Notes under the pieces: model-generated
Seen by the model: the letters and a program-made list of their open reading frames with translations, nothing else
What the model was told of the DNA's origin: nothing
Databases searched by the model: none
Source: a virus
Taxonomy: Duplodnaviria; Caudoviricetes
IMG/VR virus record: IMGVR_UViG_3300028886_000035
Span: 96,001-160,000 of that record
Direction: 5' to 3' (one strand)
DNA length: 64,000 nt
Made by a program: the position numbers and the translations under genes
Shown here: one piece after another, positions 20,676 to 29,080 of the stretch
Layout of the letters: each line of letters begins with the position of its first letter
How positions within the stretch are numbered: the stretch's first letter is position 1

Positions 20676-21257
20676 TTAATAATTTTCAATTATTCTTTGT
20701 ACATCTTTTGCACATTCAACAATACTATTATTTTCTACTCGAATATCATGTATCCCTAAACGATTAAAATTCTGTACACTAAAATCTTTACTATCTGCAA
20801 TAAATCTACGGCACATTTCTGTGTAATCTTCATTACCATTCATTTCACGAGAAAGATTTCTTAGCAACCTCTCTCTGTCTGCTACTACTAAATGTATAAC
20901 AACAACATCTTTCCCATAGATTTTTTGTAATTTGTTAACTCCATCAAGTGTATTAATCATAATATACTTATTATTTGATTTCATATCAAATTGTCCATCA
21001 TTTACTGTAAAATACGTCCAATCTCCATGAACAGTTTTATAAGTACGATATTCAATTACCTTACCTTGATGTTTTAATTTAGAAAAACTTCTTCTGTTAA
21101 CAAAATAATATTCTTTCCCATTATTTTCATTCGCACGAATAGGTCTAGTTGTATATGTAATAATTGGCGTTAAACCAATATGCATATCTAATAAGTTATT
21201 AAATATTGTATCTTTACCACTACAACTAGCACCAACAATACAAAATATTTTTGCCAT
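20676..21257 (-). CDS. gmk: Guanylate kinase
   Basis: P-loop GASCSGKDT; YTTRPIRANE.NGKEYYFV signature. Confidence 0.9.
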   Translation of the reverse strand: MAKIFCIVGASCSGKDTIFNNLLDMHIGLTPIITYTTRPIRANENNGKEYYFVNRRSFSKLKHQGKVIEYRTYKTVHGDWTYFTVNDGQFDMKSNNKYIMINTLDGVNKLQKIYGKDVVVIHLVVADRERLLRNLSREMNGNEDYTEMCRRFIADSKDFSVQNFNRLGIHDIRVENNSIVECAKDVQRIIENY

Positions 21258-21273
21258 ATGTTACTATCCACCT

Positions 21274-22068
21274 TTATTCATAATTTAAATATAACGATTC
21301 ATACACTTCTTCTGTATTTCCTCTTAAACGATTAAAAGAACTTAATCCTGATTTTATATATTCATGTCTTACATATATATCTTTAGGTAGTTCAACAGTT
21401 CTATCTGTATTACCACGAATACCATCATATGATAATGCAAACTTAACTTTTTTATTATTTAATTCTTTCAGAAAGTTAATAAATTCTTCATAATTTATTG
21501 TACCATAATACATACCTTTTGTATTAAAATATGGAGGGTCTAAATATACAAAATCATTACTTTTAACCATATGTAATATTTGTTCATAACTTTGATGAAC
21601 AAATATTACATCTTGTATTTTATTACTCCAATCCATCATAATCTTATGTAATTTATCAGGTTTGATACCTTTTCTACCATGATGATAAGAATTATTAAAT
21701 TCACCTTTTTTATTAAATCGAATCAATCCATTTGTACAAGTTCTCGAAAGAAACAGAAAATATGCAGGGTTTTTTGTTTGATTAAATTTATCTCTTATAG
21801 AATAATAAAATTCTTGTCCTTGTTCTTGCAATTCATTCCATAATGTTTCATATTCTTTTATTAAATATAATGGATTATTCTGTATAATTTGCCATAAATC
21901 AATTAACGGTTTACATATATCACTACATACTCGTTTTCCTTTTATATGATACATAATACTCCCACCACCTATAAATGGTTCATAATATGTATCATAATCA
22001 GGAAAATACGATATAATTTTTTCTGCTTGCGACCGTTTACTTCCACTCCATTTAATTACTGGTTGCAT
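21274..22068 (-). CDS. dam: Dam-family (D12 class) DNA adenine methyltransferase
   Basis: IKWSGSK, YYEPFIGGGS, NGLIRFNKKGEFN, FVYLDPPY. Confidence 0.92.
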   Translation of the reverse strand: MQPVIKWSGSKRSQAEKIISYFPDYDTYYEPFIGGGSIMYHIKGKRVCSDICKPLIDLWQIIQNNPLYLIKEYETLWNELQEQGQEFYYSIRDKFNQTKNPAYFLFLSRTCTNGLIRFNKKGEFNNSYHHGRKGIKPDKLHKIMMDWSNKIQDVIFVHQSYEQILHMVKSNDFVYLDPPYFNTKGMYYGTINYEEFINFLKELNNKKVKFALSYDGIRGNTDRTVELPKDIYVRHEYIKSGLSSFNRLRGNTEEVYESLYLNYE

Positions 22069-22307
22069 TATTTATCTCCATTACTCCCAATTCCCAATAG
22101 AACTTTTGTAATATATATTGCAAGTGCGACAATGAAGGATTGCCCCCATGTTAATTGAGTTAATCCAAAACCACAATTGAGTAAATATCCTATAAAATAT
22201 ACTAATACTGTACATACACCTAAATGGGTTAAAATTAGTCCAATTGTAATAACAGCAAACATACATAATAATATAAGTTTTTCCATTATCTCTTTTTTCC
22301 TTTCCAT
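22068..22307 (-). CDS. Small membrane protein
   Basis: Two or three hydrophobic segments; true start probably MEKLIL. Confidence 0.6.
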   Translation of the reverse strand: MERKKEIMEKLILLCMFAVITIGLILTHLGVCTVLVYFIGYLLNCGFGLTQLTWGQSFIVALAIYITKVLLGIGSNGDK

Positions 22308-22780
22308 TTTAAAAAATCTACGTAATTATTTATTTTCATAAATTTATAAATCAAATCGTTTGTAATGCTACGACACGAATTTTTTAGTGTGGTATCAAAT
22401 CTTGTTTTTAATTTCGCGTTCCGAATCGGTTTTTGTACTATTTCTATTTTATTATTTTCATCTACGTATAATAAACCAAATTCTTTTAAAACTAATTCTT
22501 TTGGTATTACATCTTTTGGACACATAATATAAAAGTAGTTACAATGTGGATAATATGATTTTTCTAAATTAAATAATTTTTTGTCTCTTTTATAGTCCTT
22601 TAAAGAAGCCTTTACTTCTACTACACGCACTTCTTTCCGTTTTAAATTCATCCCACAAGCATCTGCCACACTACGTAAATTTCTGAATTTAGTTTCTACC
22701 GATACTATATCTGTACAATATTTTTTTAAAAATCCACAAGCTACTATTTTTAATCTCTTATGTACTTCACTCTCTGCCAT
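22286..22780 (-). CDS. PD-(D/E)xK nuclease, MmcB-like
   Basis: VADACG...VVEVKASLKDY...YYPHCNYFYIMCP...FGLLYV. Confidence 0.75.
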   Translation of the reverse strand: MAESEVHKRLKIVACGFLKKYCTDIVSVETKFRNLRSVADACGMNLKRKEVRVVEVKASLKDYKRDKKLFNLEKSYYPHCNYFYIMCPKDVIPKELVLKEFGLLYVDENNKIEIVQKPIRNAKLKTRFDTTLKNSCRSITNDLIYKFMKINNYVDFLKWKGKKR

Positions 22781-22822
22781 TTATACCACCTCAATAAAAA
22801 AAAGGATATATAACATATCCCT

Positions 22823-23230
22823 TCATTTTTCTTTATTATATTTATTATTGAGAAATTCAATCTTTTTCTGCATTTCTCGTATATCTTTTGCTAAATTTTG
22901 AATAATCATTTGATAACGTTTCCGTTCCTCATTACTTCCACCATTATTATATAAGTAATGAGCTAAATCCAAATCTATTTCTTTTGTTATTAATTGTTCA
23001 TTATAACGATTAATTAATTCAACCAAAATCTCTAATCTACTTTTCGGCTGAATGATATTTTTTTCTTCAACTACTTTTGGTACTTTTCTTTTCTTTATTT
23101 GTTTTTTAGGTTTTTTTTCAACTATAGTTTTTTCATCTATAGTTTCTTCTAAACCTAAATCTATTTCTTCCTCTATAGGAGTATCAGATTCTTTTTTAAT
23201 TATATTTTCTTCATCTAAAAATTTATTCAT
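22823..23230 (-). CDS. Hypothetical coiled-coil protein
   Basis: 135-aa ORF with GGAG SD and a terminator downstream. Confidence 0.7.
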   Translation of the reverse strand: MNKFLDEENIIKKESDTPIEEEIDLGLEETIDEKTIVEKKPKKQIKKRKVPKVVEEKNIIQPKSRLEILVELINRYNEQLITKEIDLDLAHYLYNNGGSNEERKRYQMIIQNLAKDIREMQKKIEFLNNKYNKEK

Positions 23231-23249
23231 AATTCAATACTCCAAAAAC

Positions 23250-23453
23250 TTAACAATTAACCAAAAGCACATCAGAAACTTCTAATACGTCATAACCATA
23301 ATTAAAACAATTTTCTAATACGTTTAATATATCTTTTTTCTTACCGATTAAAGATACTTTACGTCCATTTTGTATACATAGCACATTATTATCTATACCG
23401 TCTTTTTTAATTCTCTCTGTATCACAATATTCAAAAAAGTTTGTTCTGTACAT
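23250..23453 (-). CDS. Hypothetical protein
   Basis: 67-aa ORF fitting operon packing. Confidence 0.55.
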   Translation of the reverse strand: MYRTNFFEYCDTERIKKDGIDNNVLCIQNGRKVSLIGKKKDILNVLENCFNYGYDVLEVSDVLLVNC

Positions 23454-23474
23454 TTCACATCGCCATTATTATTA

Positions 23475-24266
23475 TTATTCACTAATTGTATATTCCCATA
23501 CAATCGTTAATGGTGCTATATAAGTTGTATATGTCACATCAAAATTATCTTTGTCTAATGTTATTTTATTTAAATTTAACATTTGACCAACAGTAGAGCT
23601 ACTAGACGAACTACTACTTGAACCACTTCCACTAGAAGAACTACTCGTGAGACTACTTATATTAGTGCTTAGTACTTTCTCATATTGTTCTTCTAATTTA
23701 CTCGCATTATTAGCATTATTATTAGATAGACGATGAATTGTTAATTTTCCATTAACATAATTCACATTCCCCCATACACTTATTCCATTATCATTCCCTA
23801 AAAAAGAACCTTTTTCTTCATCATCTGCGGAATCAGTATAACTATTTTTACTATCTTTTAACGTAACACTTTTTTCTTTGATGGCATATTTCCAACTAAT
23901 ATATCCACCCATCGGGTCTTTTAACAGTTTTTTAGAAAATAATTCTTTCTCTGCTAAAAATTTCACGTCATTAATTGTGACATGATTTTGACCCTCACTT
24001 ATTTTATACAAATATACCTTATTTTTATTTACTGTATCTATTCCAAGTACATTGATTCCCATCATACTTTGATTTTTATCAAACATACTAACAAATCGTT
24101 GTTTGACAGTAGCGTCAAATAAAACTCCACCTTCATCATCTAAATGTTTTTTAAATTGTGCTTGCGCATTACTACCTAGCTTCCATCCATATCTACCATT
24201 ATCTTTGATTTCATTACTACTTTTCCAATTATCAAACTCCATAACAAACGAACTATATGCACTCAC
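23475..24266 (-). CDS. Hypothetical protein with Ser-rich linker
   Basis: 263 aa, GTG start, SSSSSGSGSSSSSSSSS tract. Confidence 0.75.
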   Translation of the reverse strand: MSAYSSFVMEFDNWKSSNEIKDNGRYGWKLGSNAQAQFKKHLDDEGGVLFDATVKQRFVSMFDKNQSMMGINVLGIDTVNKNKVYLYKISEGQNHVTINDVKFLAEKELFSKKLLKDPMGGYISWKYAIKEKSVTLKDSKNSYTDSADDEEKGSFLGNDNGISVWGNVNYVNGKLTIHRLSNNNANNASKLEEQYEKVLSTNISSLTSSSSSGSGSSSSSSSSSTVGQMLNLNKITLDKDNFDVTYTTYIAPLTIVWEYTISE

Positions 24267-24779
24267 TTATTTTTTCTTCCTTTCAGTTATATCTCTTATA
24301 ACAAAATCTCCATTAAAAGGCGATAAAGAAATATAATTAATATTTTTTAATAATTTGATTAAATCTTTATCTACTTTTCTAGCTATCTTTTCGTCTCCAA
24401 CTCTACCATCTGTCTGCCAAAAACCATCTATTCTATCTAACAAATAATTCATATTATCATACTTGTTAAATTCATGCCATACTAATTCCTCAAATATTTT
24501 TCCTTCATTTCCATAAATCAAATTTAATGGTAACGGACTGTCTGATACTGCTATATCTACTCCACTTTTTTCTAGCCCACGTAATCTATGTACTTGTGTA
24601 GCAAATAAATATAATTGGTCTTTTAACATTTCAAAATTTTGTTGTAAAATGCATTCTTTCGCATATTCTCCTACTAATTCCGTTTTATATCCTAATTTTT
24701 TTAATTTACTAAATACTTCAGCAGAAATTGTAGATTTACCTGCTCCTGCACCAGCAAAAAAATTAACCACTAGCATCAA
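24267..24779 (-). CDS. NadR/AAA_28-like P-loop NTPase (nucleotide kinase fold)
   Basis: FAGAGAGKST, ELVGEYAKE, AVSDSPLPL. Confidence 0.8.
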   Translation of the reverse strand: MMLVVNFFAGAGAGKSTISAEVFSKLKKLGYKTELVGEYAKECILQQNFEMLKDQLYLFATQVHRLRGLEKSGVDIAVSDSPLPLNLIYGNEGKIFEELVWHEFNKYDNMNYLLDRIDGFWQTDGRVGDEKIARKVDKDLIKLLKNINYISLSPFNGDFVIRDITERKKK

Positions 24780-25100
24780 AAAATCACATCCTATATAAAT
24801 AGTATACAGAATATCATTAAAATGATAGCGGTTAATAAAATAAATATATTTATCTATCCATGTATACTTGCAATATCTCTTGCAAGTATTTTTTTTATAT
24901 TTTTTATTTTTCCCACCCCTAGAACGCTCTCTAAGCGTTCATTTTTGGTCATAGGTAAATTATACCTAAAGTGGGTTAGACACCTGTCATCTGGCGTTCT
25001 ACGGCGCGTACAGGGGCGTTATTAAAACAGTTTACGCTCGGAAATGACAAACAGGACACAACGACTGCAAATAAAAAATAGACTACTTTCAAAAAAAAGG

Positions 25101-25129
25101 TTGACAATCTATTGTGTTTGGTATACAAT
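25101..25129 (+). promoter_or_regulatory. Sigma-A/70-type early promoter
   Basis: TTGACA-17 bp-TACAAT, driving the only plus-strand operon. Confidence 0.8.
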
Positions 25130-25183
25130 GTGAACAGAAAGTCAAAGGAAAAATAATTATGAGTTGGAAAGGAGAAAATATTC

Positions 25184-25339
25184 ATGTGGTATTATGTTAA
25201 AATTGACGGCTTGACATTTTCCAGTAAAGATTATTTAATCATGGAACAATTTGTTGAAGAATCCTGTGGTAACTACATTATACAAGAAACAACAGAAAAT
25301 TTAAGCAACTATGAAATTGATGAGCAGTATTTTATATAA
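25184..25339 (+). CDS. Small acidic hypothetical protein (51 aa)
   Basis: AAAGGAG SD; MWYYVKIDGLTFSSKDY...DEQYFI; below the ORF-track cutoff. Confidence 0.65.
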   Translation: MWYYVKIDGLTFSSKDYLIMEQFVEESCGNYIIQETTENLSNYEIDEQYFI

Positions 25340-25464
25340 TAGAAAAAAGGAAAGATAAAAATAACACTTGATGATATTCTTATTAGTATTATTGTGTCTG
25401 CTATTGTATCTACTACTGTAAGCATTACTATCAATGTATTGTATAGTATTTTAAGAAGGAGAAA

Positions 25465-25719
25465 TTGATATTGAACAGGTTAGAAAAAATTAAATGGTTA
25501 GTAAATAACCCAAATCCATGTTTTAAATGTAGTGATAGTGATTATTGTTGTGGTTGTCATCTCCATTATGAGTGGAAAGCGAGGTTTGACAAACTTAATA
25601 TTGATAATATTACTAATGAAGAAGCATATAGTGTTAGTGCGGTAATTTCTCTTAAAAAAGAAATAGAAAAACATATGCTAAATATATCAGAAGAAGTTAA
25701 AAAAGAATTTAGGTTGTAA
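25465..25719 (+). CDS. Small Cys-rich (zinc-binding) protein
   Basis: PCFKC...DYCCGC; AGGAG SD before TTG. Confidence 0.65.
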   Translation: MILNRLEKIKWLVNNPNPCFKCSDSDYCCGCHLHYEWKARFDKLNIDNITNEEAYSVSAVISLKKEIEKHMLNISEEVKKEFRL

Positions 25720-25767
25720 TTACTTTAATAGATAGACATGTGAACAAAAACATAGGAGGACTAAGAA

Positions 25768-26082
25768 ATGACTAAAAAGGAAATCATAGAGACTATTAAG
25801 AAGATGGACAACGCAAAAGTTATTAATCTTTGGAATAAATGTGTTGAAGAAAAAAGCTATCCATATAACACAGTTTATACTAATAATTGTGCTGTTTTCA
25901 ATTCATTCTTTACTCCGTATGATGCAGTGATGTCTGTCCTATATGGTCATTACAACGAAAATGATGACTATGTAATAATTGATGAGCATGAAAATGTTCA
26001 GTCTTTTACAGACTGGGACGATACGAAAAGCCCAGTTAACATTGATATTCTTGTAGATTGGTTGTTTGAGAAGGAGAATTAA
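25768..26082 (+). CDS. Acidic hypothetical phage protein
   Basis: 104 aa, AGGAGG SD. Confidence 0.8.
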   Translation: MTKKEIIETIKKMDNAKVINLWNKCVEEKSYPYNTVYTNNCAVFNSFFTPYDAVMSVLYGHYNENDDYVIIDEHENVQSFTDWDDTKSPVNIDILVDWLFEKEN

Positions 26083-26085
26083 AGA

Positions 26086-26409
26086 ATGATAAAATTTGTA
26101 AACTTAACTCCCCAAAAAGTTAATATCTATGGTAAAGATAAAAAACTCATTTTGAGTGTTGAACCTGAAAATGTTTCAGCTAACTGCACTCAAAAGAAAG
26201 TAATTTGTGGATACATTGGGGAAGTTCCTGTGTATCGTGTGGTATTCGGACAGGTTTTCAGCGTACCTATGCCAAAAGAGAATACGATTTATATTGTGTC
26301 TCAGGATGTAGCAAATGCCGTGAAACGTCCTGATGTATATTGCCTAGGTGAAGAAATTAGAGATAAGCAGGGATATGTGATTGGCTATGAGGGACTTTCA
26401 ACCTGCTAA
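26086..26409 (+). CDS. Hypothetical phage protein (NLTP[H/Q]...YIVS...RPD pattern)
   Basis: 107 aa, AAGGAG SD. Confidence 0.8.
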   Translation: MIKFVNLTPQKVNIYGKDKKLILSVEPENVSANCTQKKVICGYIGEVPVYRVVFGQVFSVPMPKENTIYIVSQDVANAVKRPDVYCLGEEIRDKQGYVIGYEGLSTC

Positions 26410-26504
26410 AAAGGAGAAATAAAAGATGAGACTGATTGATATGTAAAGTCAATGAAAACTATTTGTTATTTTTCTAACATAAGTATAGGGAAGGAGAGAA
26501 TAAA

Positions 26505-26669
26505 ATGATACATGATAAAGACGAGATATACGATGAGCCAATAGGTAGCTCAGAAGATTATGATAATAATTGGAGTCCAATGATGATATCATGTAGACTT
26601 TCTGAAGAACAAGTAGAAGAGTGGCTTAAGATTAAAAAAGAAATTAAAGAAGAATGTGGGGAGGTATAA
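26505..26669 (+). CDS. Small acidic hypothetical protein (54 aa)
   Basis: AAGGAG SD; MIHDKDEIYDEPIG...EECGEV. Confidence 0.6.
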   Translation: MIHDKDEIYDEPIGSSEDYDNNWSPMMISCRLSEEQVEEWLKIKKEIKEECGEV

Positions 26670-26737
26670 AAATAATGAGAACATATAGATGTAAGGTAAA
26701 AACTATTAAATATGCGGAAGTAGTTGTTTTTGCCAAA

Positions 26738-26787
26738 AATAAATTTAAGGAACCCACGAATTTATTCGTGGGTTCCTTAAATTTATT
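26738..26787. repeat. Long palindrome; likely bidirectional terminator with an IS200/IS605-like hairpin core
   Basis: aataaatttaaggaacccacgaa-ttta-ttcgtgggttccttaaatttatt between convergent operons. Confidence 0.7.
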
Positions 26788-26800
26788 ATCCTTTATTCAT

Positions 26801-27127
26801 TTAACTAGCATATTTATACGGACTACCTTTTACAATTACTCCACTATATGTATGTGGGCATTTTTTACATCCAAATTGGCAAGTCCCTGTTACTTTATCT
26901 GTTACTCTTGCTATTTTTAAATCTTCTGCATAACTATATGGACTACCTGTGATAATCTGTCCTTTCCCTCCACAAGTACAACATACTACGGTATCTGTTA
27001 TTCTTGCTATCTTTAAATCATCACTATAACTATGTGTACTTCCACTCGTAATAATTCCTACTTGCGTTCCATGTGGACAAGTTATTTTTACTGTATCTCC
27101 CAATCTTGCTACAGGTTGATTACTCAT
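26801..27127 (-). CDS. PAAR-repeat tail spike tip protein
   Basis: PVARLGD, KIARITD and KIARVTD repeats with G.I..GS and Cys/His zinc ligands. Confidence 0.88.
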   Translation of the reverse strand: MSNQPVARLGDTVKITCPHGTQVGIITSGSTHSYSDDLKIARITDTVVCCTCGGKGQIITGSPYSYAEDLKIARVTDKVTGTCQFGCKKCPHTYSGVIVKGSPYKYAS

Positions 27128-27423
27128 AATTTTTCTACTGCTTCACTTACTAATTTAGCATATTCATTGCAAATATCATTTCCGATTTGTGTATCTTCTG
27201 TATCCATCATTTCAGAAATCTTATCTACTACATCATCCAATGTACCATCAATCGTTAAAATTCCTTCAATTGTTCCTAAATCTGCCGTTTCATCTTCAGA
27301 CATATCTTCTTTAATTTGTTTGCATAATGTATCAAATTCATCTTTATTTTCAGAAATATATTCTTTTACATATTTCACTACATCTGCTTCATTTACTTCT
27401 GCAATTAATCTTTTCTTCATCAT
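27124..27423 (-). CDS. Acidic hypothetical protein starting MMKKRLIAE
   Basis: 99 aa, ATGA-coupled to PAAR. Confidence 0.75.
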   Translation of the reverse strand: MMKKRLIAEVNEADVVKYVKEYISENKDEFDTLCKQIKEDMSEDETADLGTIEGILTIDGTLDDVVDKISEMMDTEDTQIGNDICNEYAKLVSEAVEKL

Positions 27424-27540
27424 TTTCCATCTTCCTTAAAAATATATTTGTACATTTTATATAGGATAATTCCTAATATACATCCAAAAATAAATCCTAT
27501 TATATTCATTATTTTTGACTCCTATCTAAAAAATACTATA

Positions 27541-28137
27541 TCAAATAAAATTAATTACTATTTTACTTTTATTTTTTTCTGCCTTTTCTATTGCCCCTAT
27601 CAATACATCTATTACGGTATTAATTTTTATATTTTCCATATGATACGATTTTATATCTTCTTGTATCACACACGTTATACTATTTGTTTCTCTTTTTGCT
27701 TTTTCTTCTTTTTTGTTTTTCCGTTTATCTATATAAAATACTTTACTGCTTTTATCTTCAAATAATTTTTCTGCACCACTTAATTGTACTAAGTAACATA
27801 TGCTATCATTTAATTTTTTCTTTATATCTATTAGATTGTTTTTTAATCCATTGATTTCTTCATATGGTATTTCATTTCCATTATCGCATAAATACATAAA
27901 ACTAGGATATAATCTACCAATATCTGTAATATTTCTTTTTTCTTTTCTTTCTAAATTATACCATACTATATCTTGTAATAAATTAAAATATTGTTCTTCT
28001 ATATCTATCTTTACTTCAAAATGTTCCGCTATATCTCTTTGTATATTATTCATTACTTCTAAGATTTCTTCTTCTTGTATTCCTTCTCCTATTAATAAAT
28101 TATATACTTTAGTACTGATAGGCATCAAATTTTTCAT
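27541..28137 (-). CDS. Hypothetical protein
   Basis: 198-aa ORF with GAGG SD. Confidence 0.7.
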   Translation of the reverse strand: MKNLMPISTKVYNLLIGEGIQEEEILEVMNNIQRDIAEHFEVKIDIEEQYFNLLQDIVWYNLERKEKRNITDIGRLYPSFMYLCDNGNEIPYEEINGLKNNLIDIKKKLNDSICYLVQLSGAEKLFEDKSSKVFYIDKRKNKKEEKAKRETNSITCVIQEDIKSYHMENIKINTVIDVLIGAIEKAEKNKSKIVINFI

Positions 28138-28504
28138 TCGTACTCATTTCCTCTATACTTGGCATTTTTATTCCATTTAATAACATTGTCCTAAACCCAT
28201 ATATCAAACAAGGCTTACATATATAATGTTCATTATCTATGGTAAATAATGGTTTATTTTCTGTTCCTGTATGTCCACAAAATATACACCTATTTATATT
28301 TAAATCTACTTCCATTGGTATTCCATTTAATTCAATTTCTCTATTCTTCGTTTTTATAGTAGTTGTATTACCTTTTATTTCTATATCTTCTGCCCCTGAT
28401 TCCAATTCTTTATCCAATTCATTTATCTCTTTTTCTTCATTCTTTTTGTTTTCTTCTTCTGCTTTTATTTTTTTCTTTTGTATATCTAAAATATTTAATC
28501 CCAT
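28109..28504 (-). CDS. ClpX-type C4 zinc finger protein
   Basis: CIFCG-x15-YICKPCL closely matches the ClpX N-domain pattern CSFCG...YICDECV. Confidence 0.6.
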   Translation of the reverse strand: MGLNILDIQKKKIKAEEENKKNEEKEINELDKELESGAEDIEIKGNTTTIKTKNREIELNGIPMEVDLNINRCIFCGHTGTENKPLFTIDNEHYICKPCLIYGFRTMLLNGIKMPSIEEMSTNEKFDAYQY

Positions 28505-28559
28505 ATATTTACCTTCCTTCTTTTTATTCTCATTACTTGTATTATATTAAAATTGTCTA

Positions 28560-29080
28560 TTCTTTTTAAAAACGATATTGTTATATAATGATGTATATAA
28601 TTAAATATAAATAGATACTTTCATATAAATGACTAATCCAATATCATGAAATTAGATTTATTAGTATAACAGTTTTAACCATTTTTTTACCACATAAACT
28701 AATCTATTTTATGGGTTATTAATTTAAATTAGATTTATTAGTATAATTAAACAAGAAAAAGGTATCAATTAAATATATCCACTATCTTATCCATCTATAT
28801 TATTTTTTATATAGAGATAAGATAGTGGATAAAATATTAATAAAAAGATAATGTTGTATAAGTAAACAGATAAAATAGATAAAACAGATAAAATATGAAT
28901 AAATAGATAAATAGAACAGATAGAATAGTATAATTAAATTGATAAGTAAAAAGGTATCAACTAAATATACGCATCTTTTTATCCTTTATTTTATCTCTAT
29001 ATAAAATTCTATAAAAAGATAAATGGATAAGATATGGATAAAAAGATAATGTTGTATAAATAAATTGATACCATTTTTAT
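28560..29080. repeat. Non-coding region with direct and inverted repeats (candidate origin or regulatory locus)
   Basis: aaattagatttattagtataa x2, aaaaaggtatcaa.taaatata x2, aaaagataatgttgtataa x2, inverted tatccactatcttatc/gataagatagtggata. Confidence 0.65.

Noticed and set aside
5173-22780. Restriction-modification system formed by the two MTases and the PD-(D/E)xK gene
   Set aside because: The MTases look like orphan anti-restriction enzymes typical of large phages, and the nuclease pattern is MmcB-like rather than a recognisable cognate REase.
24900-25100. Possible tRNA in the GC-richer intergenic stretch
   Set aside because: No T-loop GTTCRA with cloverleaf geometry or acceptor stem could be identified by eye.
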